In this document: positions 1 through 10,303 of the stretch, in pieces | Numbering within the stretch: the first letter of the stretch is position 1 | How the letters are laid out: the number at the start of each line of letters is the position of its first letter | Assembly: GCA_910583845.1 (NCBI GenBank) | Contig: CAJUAB010000003.1 | Span: 14,250 to 78,249 of the forward strand | DNA length: 64,000 nucleotides | From: an uncultured Acetatifactor sp. | GTDB lineage: Bacteria; Bacillota; Clostridia; Lachnospirales; Lachnospiraceae | Direction of reading: 5' to 3' | Notes under the pieces: model-generated | Database searches by the model: none | What the model saw: the letters and a program-made list of their open reading frames with translations, nothing else | What the model was told of the DNA's origin: nothing | Made by a program: the position numbers and the translations under genes

Positions 1-1226
1 CTGGCTACAATAATAATCACATAGGCCGTCACATAAGTGTTGGTGTTTGCCAGAACTTTCTCGTCCACTGCCTGTCCGTTCATCCGCACCACCTGTACCC
101 GTTGAGGACGGATCAGCTGGCGTACACTGCGCAGCATATTCTTTACCACCAGCAATGCCCTGCCGCATTTGAAGCCGCCTCCCGTACTTCCCGCGCAGGC
201 TCCGATAATCATCAAAAACATCAGAATTGCCTTGGAGAATCCGGGCCAGAGATCAAAATCCGTAGTGGCATAACCTGTGGTGGTGACAATGCTGGCCACC
301 TGAAACGCTGTATGCCGCACGGTTTCCTCCAGGGTATCATAATATCCCCGCAGGTTCCAGACAATCAACAGGATGCTGAACAGGATGATCCCCAGATAAA
401 TCCGCAGCTCCTCGTCTTTAAGCACACTTTTTACCTGCCTCAGAAGCAGAAGATAGTAACAGCTGAAATTCACTCCGAACAGAAGCATGAAGACGGTACA
501 GACATTCTGAATATAGGGGCTATACCCCGCAATACTGTCCCCCTTTATGCCGAATCCACCTGTGCCTGCCGTTCCAAACGCCGTACAGACCGCGTCAAAC
601 ACCGGCATCCCCCCTATCAGCAGAAAGAATATATTCAGTACAGTCAACGCAATATAAAGAATATACAGGATCTGTGCCGTCTGCTTCATCTTGGGCACCA
701 GCTTGCCCACATTGGGACCAGGGCTCTCCGCCCGCAGCAAGTGCATGGTAAAGCCGCTGCCCCCCTCGCCTCCCAGCGGAATAGCCAGCAGAAATACCAG
801 TACGCCCATACCGCCCAGCCAGTGGCTGAAACTGCGCCAATACAGTATCCCATAGGGCAGTCCCTCTATCTGTTCCAGTATAGAAGCCCCTGTGGTAGTA
901 AAGCCTGACACAATTTCAAACAAAGCATCTACATAATTGGGAATCACTCCCGACAGAAAAAAAGGCAGGCAGCCCAACAGGCTCATAATCAGCCAGCCCA
1001 GCCCCACACATACCAGCCCTTCCTTGGCAAAAAAACTCTTTTTTGCTTTGCGGCAAAGAAGTCTGAGCAGCACCCCCAGTCCCCACAGGACCACAATCGT
1101 AACGGTAAAGCCAATAACGGAACCATATTCTCTCATACAAAGACTGATCACCAGCGCCGGTAACATGAAAATGCTCTCAACCATCAGAAGCAAACCGATA
1201 AATTTACCCATCATCTTGTAGTTCAT
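1..1226 (-). CDS. trkH: TrkH-family potassium uptake membrane protein (3' end runs off the window)
   Basis: Read manually on the minus strand from ATG at 1226 (MNYKMMGKFIGLLLMVESIFMLP...). Very hydrophobic, with TrkH pore motifs (SGFTTTG, TAGTGG, TTTG). Lies directly downstream of trkA. Absent from the ORF track because it has no stop inside the window. Confidence 0.9.
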   Translation of the reverse strand, partial: MNYKMMGKFIGLLLMVESIFMLPALVISLCMREYGSVIGFTVTIVVLWGLGVLLRLLCRKAKKSFFAKEGLVCVGLGWLIMSLLGCLPFFLSGVIPNYVDALFEIVSGFTTTGASILEQIEGLPYGILYWRSFSHWLGGMGVLVFLLAIPLGGEGGSGFTMHLLRAESPGPNVGKLVPKMKQTAQILYILYIALTVLNIFFLLIGGMPVFDAVCTAFGTAGTGGFGIKGDSIAGYSPYIQNVCTVFMLLFGVNFSCYYLLLLRQVKSVLKDEELRIYLGIILFSILLIVWNLRGYYDTLEETVRHTAFQVASIVTTTGYATTDFDLWPGFSKAILMFLMIIGACAGSTGGGFKCGRALLVVKNMLRSVRQLIRPQRVQVVRMNGQAVDEKVLANTNTYVTAYVIIIVA

Positions 1227-1332
1227 TGTCTCTGTCTCCATCTGTCCGTTCCCGGGACAACCTGTTCTTTTCCGGGAGCGCCTTCTCCCGGACCTGCCGC
1301 GCAAATTCGGCGGCTTTCCGCGCATATCAGCA

Positions 1333-2691
1333 TCACTCGAAAATATCGTTCAACTGATAAATAACCCTGTCTCCATTGGTCACAATAATCACCGTATCAC
1401 CCTGATTGAATGAGGAATCACCATTGGGAATCTCCTGCTGAACACCTTTGGTAATGCAGGCCACCAGCACGTTTTTCTTGAGTCTGAGCTGCTTAAGCGG
1501 CTTTCCGCAATGCTGGGTATGCTCGTCCACCAGAAACTCCATGGCCTCCGCCTGTCCGTCTGCGATCGAATAAACCGTTCTGGCTGCTCCGGTCTGATTC
1601 TGCATGGCACGCACATAGCGGACAATGATATTACAGCACAATTCCTTGGGGCTGATAATGCTTCCCAGAGACAGATTCTCCAGAATATTTTTATTGTTCA
1701 TGCGCCCCAGCTTTGTAATGATCTGCGGTATGCCGCAGCTGCTGCCATAGAGAGAAATAATCATATTCAGTTCGTCTATGCCTGTCAACGTGGCCAGAGC
1801 GTCACAATTCGAGATTCCCTCACTCTCCAGCAAAAACTCGCTGCTGGCATCTCCCTGAATAATTTTGGCATGAGGAAGCAAAGCGGCCAGGCTCACACAC
1901 CGCTGCGGGTCCTGCTCCACAATCTGTACCGTAATACCGCTTTTCTCCAGCTGCTTCGCAAGATAGATCGAGACGCGGCCGCCGCCGCACACCAGCACCC
2001 TCTTTACCTTGTGTGTGATAATCCCCAGATTCCGCAGCAGAACAGCCAGTTCATTGCTGGGAGCCGTCACAAAAATCCTGTCCCCCTCACGAAGCACAAA
2101 ATTACCGTCCGGAGCCACTGCTTTGCCATTTCGCAGGACAGTACACACCAGAATCTTACATTTGACGATATTGTTCATATCGTTCAACGCCACATCACAA
2201 AGTTTGCTCTGCTCACTCAGCTTCAGTTCCACAAGCTCTACCCTGCCTCTGGCGAAAGTGTCTCTTTTCAGGAATCCCGGATATTTCAGCAGCCTGCTGA
2301 TTTCTATCGCCGCCTGCCTCTCAGGATTGACAGCCATGGACAGTCCGAACATATCCTGCATTTTATAAATCTGCTGGGTGTATTCCGGATTCCGCACCCG
2401 CGCAATGGTATGGAGACGGGAATTCATGGCATGAGCTGTCATGCAGCACAACAGGTTAATCTCGTCCGCTCCCGTCATGGCAATCAGCAAATCCGCCTCT
2501 TTGACCCCCGCCTGCTGGAGTACATCCATGGTGGCGCAATTCCCCTGTATCACCATCACATCATACCGCTCCTGCGTACTCTCCAACACCCTTGAATTGG
2601 CATCAATCAAGGTCAGATCATGCCCTTCCAGGGCAAGCTGCCGGGTCAAAGTGGAACCCATCTTGCCATCTCCCGCAACGATAATCTTCAC
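1333..2691 (-). CDS. trkA: Trk system potassium uptake NAD-binding (RCK) subunit
   Basis: 452 aa with two RCK_N Rossmann motifs (IIVAGDGKMG, VLVCGGGRVS), each followed by an RCK_C domain; adjacent to trkH. Confidence 0.93.
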   Translation of the reverse strand: MKIIVAGDGKMGSTLTRQLALEGHDLTLIDANSRVLESTQERYDVMVIQGNCATMDVLQQAGVKEADLLIAMTGADEINLLCCMTAHAMNSRLHTIARVRNPEYTQQIYKMQDMFGLSMAVNPERQAAIEISRLLKYPGFLKRDTFARGRVELVELKLSEQSKLCDVALNDMNNIVKCKILVCTVLRNGKAVAPDGNFVLREGDRIFVTAPSNELAVLLRNLGIITHKVKRVLVCGGGRVSIYLAKQLEKSGITVQIVEQDPQRCVSLAALLPHAKIIQGDASSEFLLESEGISNCDALATLTGIDELNMIISLYGSSCGIPQIITKLGRMNNKNILENLSLGSIISPKELCCNIIVRYVRAMQNQTGAARTVYSIADGQAEAMEFLVDEHTQHCGKPLKQLRLKKNVLVACITKGVQQEIPNGDSSFNQGDTVIIVTNGDRVIYQLNDIFE

Positions 2692-2742
2692 AACCTTGTA
2701 CCTCCTCCTGAAGTTCTAAGGATTCTATGACTCTGGTTTAAG

Positions 2743-2895
2743 TGCGCGTCCCAAAAAGCATTCCTGTCATCCGCGCGCCTGAATTTGCGTGATATTTGTG
2801 TCCGAACCAGATTACACAGCCCGGTATGCGGCATCATCTGACACAAATCCTTCAAAAGCCGCAACGCACATCTGGCCGGGCATCTCAGGTACGCT
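2743..2895 (-). mobile_element. Degenerate copy of the MITE at 25487-25664
   Basis: The minus strand shares the blocks CAGATGTGCGT, ATGATGCCGCATA, CAAATATCACGCAAAT and GGAATG.TTTTT with the 25.5 kb element, in the same order. It begins CTGG-AGCGT inside the last codons of the GH4 gene. Confidence 0.75.
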
Positions 2896-4273
2896 CCAGA
2901 GTTGCGGCCATCATATCCCGTACCAGCGCCTGCACCTGCTCCCTTGTGGCTCTCCCTTTTACCAGCGGATCATGCAGAAAAGCCTCTTCCACCAGATCCA
3001 CGTTCCTGTTTCCTCCCAGCACCACCTGCATGATACGCTCATGATTTTCCAGATGAGGCATCATCAGCCGACGCACCTCCTCCGGTACAGTTCCTGCCAG
3101 CACAGGGCGTATGGCGTTTCTCTCAAACACGGCATTGGTCTCCACCACAGCCGTTTCCGGCAGATTGGCTATCTGATGCCCCGAGTTTGGAATATTCACA
3201 TTGCTCACCACCCGCTCCAGGCCGCATAACGCCTTGATCAGCAGTATCCCCTCCTCGCCGGTGGGTTCCAGCCTGATCTCCTCCTCGCCATTTACCAGCC
3301 TGCGGCTGCGCTCCAGACGCTTTTGAAGATCTTCTTTTCTCCAGGCCACCGTGGTTAATCCAAACTTCCATCCGGCCACCGTGCCAGGGTCTTTCAGATA
3401 CTCATCGCCGGGCATAAATTCCGCCAGATGACGGTCTCCCGCCGCCGCGATCAGCCCATACCGCCTGAACAGATCCATCTTGACCCGGTGGGCGCAGGCA
3501 AAAGTGGAATTCATCCAATGATGATCCTCCTCTTCAAAACCCTCTTCGAAATGGGCATCTATATATTTCTGATACACAGGAAACAAATCCATGCCTTTGT
3601 AGCTGGCATAGTCAAACCAGGTAAAGTGATTGATACCCAGCACATTGACATGAATATCCCGCCGGTCTATGGGCCCGCATCCCAACTCTCCGGAAGCAAT
3701 GGCCGCCAATACCTTCTGTGTGCCAAATACCTCATGACAGCAGCCAAATGCCTTGATCTGGGGAAAGACCTGATACAGCGCCTTCACACACAGTGTCATG
3801 GGATTGGTATAATTGATAACCCAAGCCTCGGGACAGTATTTCCTGACAGCCTCCCCGAATTCCATAAACATGGGAAGAGTGCGCAGCGCGCGCATCATCC
3901 CCCCCGGCCCCGCCGTGTCGCCCACAGACTGATAGATGCCCAGCCGCTCCGGCATATGGACATCCACCTCCATCTCGTCAAAAGTCTTTGGCAAAATGGA
4001 AATCACCACGAAATCCGCACCTGTCAGAGCCTCCTGCAAGCTGTCATTCACCACATAATTCCAATCTCCGGAAGCTCCCTCCCGAAGCCTCTGCCTGTTT
4101 CCTATAATGGCATTGGCCTCTGCCGCCTCTCTGTCGATATCATACAGGCGCACGGTGCCGCTGATCTGGGATTCCATGGCCAGATCTGTCATAAATGTCC
4201 AGGCCCACCCCCTGGAACCGCCGCCGATATAGGCAATCTGGATATCCGATACCTTTTCCGCTTCATACTTCAT
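2885..4273 (-). CDS. Family 4 glycoside hydrolase, likely alpha-galacturonidase (LplD-like)
   Basis: Motifs IAYIGGGS, DTAGPGG, INYTNP, GCCHEV, GINHF. The CHEV Cys motif is characteristic of GH4 alpha-galacturonidases. Confidence 0.85.
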   Translation of the reverse strand: MKYEAEKVSDIQIAYIGGGSRGWAWTFMTDLAMESQISGTVRLYDIDREAAEANAIIGNRQRLREGASGDWNYVVNDSLQEALTGADFVVISILPKTFDEMEVDVHMPERLGIYQSVGDTAGPGGMMRALRTLPMFMEFGEAVRKYCPEAWVINYTNPMTLCVKALYQVFPQIKAFGCCHEVFGTQKVLAAIASGELGCGPIDRRDIHVNVLGINHFTWFDYASYKGMDLFPVYQKYIDAHFEEGFEEEDHHWMNSTFACAHRVKMDLFRRYGLIAAAGDRHLAEFMPGDEYLKDPGTVAGWKFGLTTVAWRKEDLQKRLERSRRLVNGEEEIRLEPTGEEGILLIKALCGLERVVSNVNIPNSGHQIANLPETAVVETNAVFERNAIRPVLAGTVPEEVRRLMMPHLENHERIMQVVLGGNRNVDLVEEAFLHDPLVKGRATREQVQALVRDMMAATLERT

Positions 4274-4519
4274 TTCAAGTCCTCCTGTTGAAGATCATTC
4301 CCGCTTCCAATCACCGCGCGATGGTATCAGAGAATCCCTTTCTACAATCAATCCTCTGCCAAGAGCACGTCCCGCCGCTTTCTGTCCGAACATCCTGAGG
4401 GATACTGACATAGCTTCGGGTTTACCGCATCAAGCATTTGCCATGGGCAAAAAGTGCGGACCATCCAGGAATGATCCACACCTCTTCCATGTCATTATGG
4501 CAGGTCCATTGATGAAAAA

Positions 4520-5728
4520 CTATATAATTCTCCGCACCGCCAGAATCGGTCTGTAATTGACATTGCTGACCTTGATTCCTGTTCTCTGGGTACTGGCATG
4601 TACAATTTTCCCTCCCCCGATATACAGGGCCACATGCCCTTCATAACAGATAATATCCCCCGGCTGGGCCTCACTGTAATCCACACTCCGCCCGTCGCTT
4701 CTCTGGGAATAGGAAGTCCGGGAAATATCATAGCCATAGTCCTGGAATACGCGGTAAGTAAAGCCGGAACAGTCAGCGCCGTTTGTGAGGCTGGTGCCTC
4801 CCGCCACATAGGGATTTCCCACAAACTGAAGCGCGTATTTGGCAATCTGCTTGCCCTTGTCACTTCCGGAAGCGTTTTCCACGACAGAAGTATAATTGGT
4901 GCTGTTAACCGCCTTGGGCGGATTCTTCGCGGCAGCCGCCAACGCCGCCTGCCGCCGTCTCTCCTCCTCTTTTCTGCGCTCTTCCTCCTGAAGTTTTTTC
5001 AACTGCTTTTTTTCCTGTTGCAGCAAGGCCTTGGCCGCAGCCGCCTCCTGCTTCGCCCTGGCAATCTGAGCCGCAAAATTCTCAGACTCTTCCTGTAGTT
5101 TTGCCAGCAATTGATCACAATACTCTTTCTGCTCCTCCATCTCCGCCTTGTCGGTCTCCAGACAAACCTTATCGGCTTCCAGCTGGTCCCAGAGGTCATG
5201 CACTTCCATTCTGGTCGCCTCATATTGATTCAGCATCTCCTGATTGTATGCGTTGACGCTCTCCGCATAAGTAACCCTGTTCAGCAGCTCGCTGAAACTG
5301 GCGCTGCTAAACAACGCCGTAAGGAGCGTGTCATCGCCCGTCTCATACATAAAGCGGATCTGCGATGCCATGGCTTCCGCCTGCTCCTGTTCTTTCTGCA
5401 GCGCCGCCTCATATGCCTGCTGAGTCCTTTCGATATCCGCCTTTTTCTGAGCGATATCCTCCTCCAGAAGATCAATGCTGGTGAGGATATTGATGAGTTC
5501 CGCATTCAGGTCTTCCATCTGCTCATCCAGCAGATCCTGTTCGTCCTCCAGATCGGAAATATTGCCATTGATCTCCTCCAGTTGGTTCTCGGTATCCTCA
5601 ATGGCCTGCTGCACATCTTTGATTGTGGTGGCCCAGGTATCCATGGTGGCTGTCAGCAGAGTGAAAGACACCAATACTGACGCCGCCGCAAATATCACGC
5701 GTTGTTTCACCCTGGATCTAATTGTCAT
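4520..5728 (-). CDS. Secreted coiled-coil NlpC/P60 peptidoglycan endopeptidase (CwlO/PcsB-like)
   Basis: Signal peptide, long coiled coil, and a C-terminal NlpC/P60 domain (GNPYVAGG, DCSGF, GHVALY, IVHAS). Confidence 0.9.
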   Translation of the reverse strand: MTIRSRVKQRVIFAAASVLVSFTLLTATMDTWATTIKDVQQAIEDTENQLEEINGNISDLEDEQDLLDEQMEDLNAELINILTSIDLLEEDIAQKKADIERTQQAYEAALQKEQEQAEAMASQIRFMYETGDDTLLTALFSSASFSELLNRVTYAESVNAYNQEMLNQYEATRMEVHDLWDQLEADKVCLETDKAEMEEQKEYCDQLLAKLQEESENFAAQIARAKQEAAAAKALLQQEKKQLKKLQEEERRKEEERRRQAALAAAAKNPPKAVNSTNYTSVVENASGSDKGKQIAKYALQFVGNPYVAGGTSLTNGADCSGFTYRVFQDYGYDISRTSYSQRSDGRSVDYSEAQPGDIICYEGHVALYIGGGKIVHASTQRTGIKVSNVNYRPILAVRRII

Positions 5729-5744
5729 TATATTTCCTTTCTAA

Positions 5745-6063
5745 TTATAGTTCCGCATATCCCCTCCACGCACACTTCCCCGTGCTCCTCATCAGACCGC
5801 TTCCGGCGGTCCGATTCGCAGCAGTGTGCTTTCCGGGGATATGCTGTCTTATAGTTCCGCATATCCCCTCCACGCACACTTCCCTGTGCTCCTCATCAGA
5901 CCGCTTCCGGCGGTCCGATTCGCAGCAGTGTGCTTTCCGGGGATATGCTGTCTTATAGTTCCGCATATCCCCTCCAGCACTCTTCCCGTGCTCCTCATCA
6001 GACCGCTTCCGGCGGCCTGATTCGCAGCTGTGTGCTTTCCGGGGATATGCTGTCTTATAGTTC
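5745..6063. repeat. Three tandem palindromic units of 104/104/102 bp
   Basis: Units start at 5745, 5849 and 5953 with TTATAGTTCCGCATATCCCC and end with GGGGATATGCTGTC. Each has the terminal inverted repeat GCATATCCCC/GGGGATATGC. A fourth TTATAGTTC (6055-6063) is the asnS 3' end. Confidence 0.95.
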
Positions 6064-7446
6064 ACAGTTATTCACGGTTCTGGGGAAGGGAATAACGTCA
6101 CGGATGTTGCCCATTCCTGTCAGATACATGACGCATCTCTCAAATCCAAGCCCAAAACCGGCATGGCGGGCAGACCCGTAGCGGCGCAGATCCAGATAGA
6201 AACCATAATCCTCCTTTTTCAGACCCAGTTCCTCCATCCGCCGCTCCAGCACCTCCAGATGATCCTCACGCTGGCTGCCTCCGATAATCTCTCCGATGCC
6301 GGGTACCAGGCAGTCCATGGCGGCCACCGTCTTTCCGTCCTCGTTCAGTTTCATGTAGAAAGCCTTGATCTCCTTGGGATAGTCCGTGACAAATACCGGA
6401 CGCTTGAACTCCTGCTCCGTCAGATATCTCTCATGCTCGGTCTGTAAATCGCAGCCCCAGAATACCTTATAGTCAAATTCCTCATTATGCTTTTCCAGTA
6501 TCTCGATAGCCTCTGTGTAAGTCACATGGCCAAAATCAGAATTTACCACATGGTTCAGCCGTTCAATCAACCCCTTGTCGACAAACTGATTAAAGAAAGC
6601 CATCTCCTCCGGGGCATTCTCCAGCACATAGCGGATAATATATTTCAGCATGCTCTCCGCCAGCATCATGTCATCCTTCAGATCCGCAAAAGCCATCTCC
6701 GGCTCAATCATCCAGAACTCCGCCGCATGACGGGTCGTATTGGAATTTTCCGCCCGGAAAGTGGGACCAAACGTATATATTTTTTTAAAAGCCATGGCAA
6801 AGGTCTCACCGTTCAGCTGGCCGCTCACCGTCAGATTGGTGGACTTGCCGAAAAAGTCCTGGGTAAAGTCAATCTGGCCTTCCTCCGTCCTGGGAACATT
6901 CTGGAGATCCAGAGTTGTCACCTGGAACATCTCTCCCGCCCCCTCACAGTCGCTTCCCGTGATCAGCGGCGTGTGCACATACACAAAGCCCCTCTCCTGG
7001 AAGAAATTGTGAATCGCGTAGGCAATCAGGGACCGCACCCGAAAAACTGCCTGAAAGGTGTTGGTCCGGGGCCGCAGATGCGAAATCGTGCGCAGATACT
7101 CAAAGCTATGACGCTTTTTTTGCAGAGGGTAGTCCGCGCCGGAAGGGCCTTCCACCCGCACCTCAATCGCCTGCATTTCAAAGGGCTGCTTGGCGTCAGG
7201 GGTCAGCACCACCGTGCCCCTGATGATCAGGGCAGCGCCCACGTTTATCTTACAAAGCTCCGCAAAATTCTCCAGCCTGTCGCTGTATACCACTTGCAGC
7301 GGCTCAAAAAATGTACCGTCGTTAATTACCAGAAAACCAAAGTTCTTGGAATCCCGGTTGTTTCTCACCCAGCCGCCCACTGTGACCTCCTTGTCCGCGT
7401 AAGCCGCCGTGTCGCGGTAAAGGGTTTTGATGTCTGTCAGATTCAT
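6055..7446 (-). CDS. asnS: Asparagine--tRNA ligase
   Basis: OB-fold N-terminus and class IIb motifs ([48 protein letters not shown]). Confidence 0.97.
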   Translation of the reverse strand: MNLTDIKTLYRDTAAYADKEVTVGGWVRNNRDSKNFGFLVINDGTFFEPLQVVYSDRLENFAELCKINVGAALIIRGTVVLTPDAKQPFEMQAIEVRVEGPSGADYPLQKKRHSFEYLRTISHLRPRTNTFQAVFRVRSLIAYAIHNFFQERGFVYVHTPLITGSDCEGAGEMFQVTTLDLQNVPRTEEGQIDFTQDFFGKSTNLTVSGQLNGETFAMAFKKIYTFGPTFRAENSNTTRHAAEFWMIEPEMAFADLKDDMMLAESMLKYIIRYVLENAPEEMAFFNQFVDKGLIERLNHVVNSDFGHVTYTEAIEILEKHNEEFDYKVFWGCDLQTEHERYLTEQEFKRPVFVTDYPKEIKAFYMKLNEDGKTVAAMDCLVPGIGEIIGGSQREDHLEVLERRMEELGLKKEDYGFYLDLRRYGSARHAGFGLGFERCVMYLTGMGNIRDVIPFPRTVNNCEL

Positions 7447-7464
7447 TGTTCTATTCCTCCTTTT

Positions 7465-7588
7465 TTAGAGTTCCGCATACTCTCTTCCATTACACATCCC
7501 CCAGACGATTGTGAAGCCCTGTCCGCAGATGACCAGGCTGCCTCTTCCGGCGTCCTGTGTCCGTCCGTGTCTTATCCGGGAATGTTGC
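7465..7588. repeat. Degenerate copy of the 104-bp palindromic unit upstream of asnS
   Basis: TTAGAGTTCCGCATAC...ACACATCCCC...CTTCCGGCG...GTGTCTTATCCGGGAATGTTGC aligns in order with the unit at 5745. Confidence 0.6.
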
Positions 7589-7605
7589 GATTATGATGAT
7601 GTGGA

Positions 7606-8655
7606 TTAGTACTCTGTAATCCTGGCGTTTTCGATCAGGAAATCCAGCACCTTCTCATACATGAAAAATTCCCTGTATTCTTCCCTGTCCACTTCTCCCA
7701 GAAAGTCCTCTACTGTGTCATAGCCTCCCTGGGTCGCGTACTGCTCCAGATTCTCCTGTAATTCCTCATCCGATATATTCAGATTTTCCGCGTTGGCCAC
7801 GGCCTGTACCGCAAGGCTCTGCCTCGCTGCCGCCTCCGCGTATTGATTCAGGAAAGAATCAGCCCCCATACTATAATTGTATATACAATAAGTCTCCAGA
7901 TCCATCCCCCTGGATGCGCTGTCCGCCTCCAGCCCGGCCCGCACATTATTGTAGTACTTCTCCAGCATTGCCGCCGGAATCTCCTGGAATACGCATCCGC
8001 TCACCAGACCATCCATCAAAGCATTTTCCAATGTAACCTGATAATTGTTTCTGGCATTCGTCTCCAGATAATCATGCACAAACTGCCGCATCTCCTCCAC
8101 AGTGGTCATATCCGGAACGCCGATGGAGGCAACCACCTCGTCGCTGTACTCCGTGGGCAATATAAAATTCACCGTCACGGTAAAGACAACGGCCTGTCCC
8201 GCAAGTTCAGCATTACCATACCCTTCCGGAAATGTCAGCTCCAGATCCCTGGTCTCGCCGGGCGTGGCACCGATCAGCCCCTCCTCAAAGCCCGCGATAA
8301 AATGACCGGAACCGATCTCCAGTAAGTCTCCGCTGGCCGTCCCTCCCGGAAAGGCCACCCCGTCCTTTTTTCCCTCATAGTCGATATTGACCGTATCCCC
8401 CATGGAAACTGCACGGTCCGTGATGCCGCCCATCTCCTTCGTCACAGAATCCATGTACAGGGCCTTCATCAATTCCGCCTCCTGCGTCTCATCCACTGTA
8501 ACCGCTGCTGCCTGCGCCGGAAGCCCCCGGTACTCTCCCAGCGTCACATATTTTTCCACCTTCATATCCTTCAGCGCGCCTGACTCACTGCCGCAGCCAC
8601 CCAGCATCACAGACGCCAGCAATGCCGCCAGTACTATTGCAATTTTTCTATTCAT
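7606..8655 (-). CDS. Trigger-factor-like FKBP peptidyl-prolyl isomerase lipoprotein
   Basis: Start MNRKIAIV after an RBS, lipobox MLGGC, FKBP domain (GDTVNIDYEGKKDGVAFPGG, FIAGFEEGLIG) and a TF C-terminal chaperone-like region. No GFRxGK ribosome-binding motif. Confidence 0.85.
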   Translation of the reverse strand: MNRKIAIVLAALLASVMLGGCGSESGALKDMKVEKYVTLGEYRGLPAQAAAVTVDETQEAELMKALYMDSVTKEMGGITDRAVSMGDTVNIDYEGKKDGVAFPGGTASGDLLEIGSGHFIAGFEEGLIGATPGETRDLELTFPEGYGNAELAGQAVVFTVTVNFILPTEYSDEVVASIGVPDMTTVEEMRQFVHDYLETNARNNYQVTLENALMDGLVSGCVFQEIPAAMLEKYYNNVRAGLEADSASRGMDLETYCIYNYSMGADSFLNQYAEAAARQSLAVQAVANAENLNISDEELQENLEQYATQGGYDTVEDFLGEVDREEYREFFMYEKVLDFLIENARITEY

Positions 8656-8830
8656 ATTTCCCTCTTTCTGTTTTGTTCTGCGCTTATCCGCTTTCCGGAA
8701 CCACCCGGCTGAGCGATACAATATCCTTTATACCACAATTCATCCCTCAGCGGAAGTCTTATTTTTTATTTCACGCCCATACAAATGTCCAAAATAGCCG
8801 GAATCCATCTTTGCCCCTTCCTCGCGGAAG

Positions 8831-10303
8831 CTACAGCAGCGGTGACAGAAGCCTGCAGATCTGTTCCCTGACGCGGATTTTCAGGCTTCGGCTGGCATAG
8901 GACTCCTGCGTAACCTGAGAACAGTGCTCCAGATCGCGGGCAAACAGATCCGTCATCTTCTGTGCCATGCCCCTGTCGTAAACCACGGCGTTTACCTCGA
9001 AATTCAGAGAGAAACTCCGAATATCCATGTTGGCTGTACCATAGCAGAATACTTCCTCGTCCACCACCAGTCCCTTGCTGTGCAGAAAGCCCTCATCATA
9101 AGTATAGCAGCTGGCCCCCGCCATCACCAGATCGCCCATATAGGAATAGGTTGCCCAGTACACAAAAGGATGATCCGGCTTACAGGGGATCATAACCCGG
9201 ACCTCCACGCCGGAGCGGATGGCAATCATCAAAGCACTCATCACGGACTCGTCAGGAATAAAGTAGGGCGTCTGTATGCTGATTCTGCGCTTCGCCCCAT
9301 GAATCAGCTGCAGATAATTGTCCCGGATCTGCTTCTGGGTGTTATCCGGTCCGCTGCTGATAATCTGCACCTTGCAGCCCTTCTGGTTGTGGGTATTGAT
9401 CTCCTCCAGATAATTTCCGGCAGTGAACAGATTCTGCTCCGCGGCATAATTCCAATCCAGAATAAAACGCAGCTGCAAACCGAACACCGCGCCGCCTGCT
9501 ATCCGCAGATGCGTATCCCGCCAATAGCCAAATCGCTCGTCCAGACCCAGATACTCTTTGCCCACATTGAAGCCGCCCACATATCCCACCTTGTTGTCAA
9601 TCACCACAATCTTGCGGTGATTGCGGTAGTTGACGCGCAGCTGCAGCCTGCCCAGCAGCGCGGGAAAGAACTCCGCCGTCTGGATTCCCCAGCTGTTAAG
9701 CTGTCTCCAGAATCTGTTCTTGACCGTGCGGCAGCCCATGCTGTCAAAGAGAATACGCACCTCCACGCCCTCTTGTGCCTTCTCTTTCAGTACCTCGATA
9801 ATCCGCTGGAACAACACATCATTTTTAATGATATAATACTCCATATGGATAAATTTTCTGGCTTGGCGCATATCCTCGATCAGCGCGTCAAATTTGGCAT
9901 TTCCGTCCGAGTAAATTTTGATCTCATTGTCGGAAGTGAGCATCGCTCCGGAGCTCTCCAGATTGTACATAATAAGATCCCGATACCGGTCAATCTCCTC
10001 ATCCTTCTCCCCGGGACGGCGGCTCAGCAGACGATGTTCCTGCCCCCGCACTTCCTCGTTCAGCCGGTCCTCCACTTCCTTCATCCGGAACATTTTCCGC
10101 TTGTGCATGTCCGTCCCCAACAGCAGATAAAACAAAAAGCCCAGAAAGGGAATAAAATACAGCAGCAGGAGCCAGGCCCACACGCTCCTTGGTTCCTTCC
10201 GCTCAAAAAAAACAATCACAATCGCAAACAACATATTCCACAGAATCAGGTGTCCGGACACAAATCCTCCCACCGTCCGCAGATTGTCCAAAAACGCTTC
10301 CAT
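8831..10303 (-). CDS. cls: Cardiolipin synthase
   Basis: Two N-terminal TM helices and two HKD motifs (NHRKIVVID, LHSKGLVVD). Start reassigned to MEAFLDN after GAGGAG. Confidence 0.93.
   Translation of the reverse strand: MEAFLDNLRTVGGFVSGHLILWNMLFAIVIVFFERKEPRSVWAWLLLLYFIPFLGFLFYLLLGTDMHKRKMFRMKEVEDRLNEEVRGQEHRLLSRRPGEKDEEIDRYRDLIMYNLESSGAMLTSDNEIKIYSDGNAKFDALIEDMRQARKFIHMEYYIIKNDVLFQRIIEVLKEKAQEGVEVRILFDSMGCRTVKNRFWRQLNSWGIQTAEFFPALLGRLQLRVNYRNHRKIVVIDNKVGYVGGFNVGKEYLGLDERFGYWRDTHLRIAGGAVFGLQLRFILDWNYAAEQNLFTAGNYLEEINTHNQKGCKVQIISSGPDNTQKQIRDNYLQLIHGAKRRISIQTPYFIPDESVMSALMIAIRSGVEVRVMIPCKPDHPFVYWATYSYMGDLVMAGASCYTYDEGFLHSKGLVVDEEVFCYGTANMDIRSFSLNFEVNAVVYDRGMAQKMTDLFARDLEHCSQVTQESYASRSLKIRVREQICRLLSPLL

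Noticed and set aside
2700..2885. c-di-AMP riboswitch upstream of trkA
   Set aside because: The region is explained by a decayed MITE copy; no ydaO-type consensus recognised.
4425..4459. Small hairpin CCGCA..TTTGCC-ATG-GGCAAA..TGCGG
   Set aside because: Single imperfect instance in the window; cannot be assigned as a terminator or repeat.
5745..6063. Possible CRISPR array or repeat-encoded 106-aa protein
   Set aside because: Units are ~104 bp and near-identical throughout, with no unique spacers and no cas genes. The ORFs are simply translations of the repeat.
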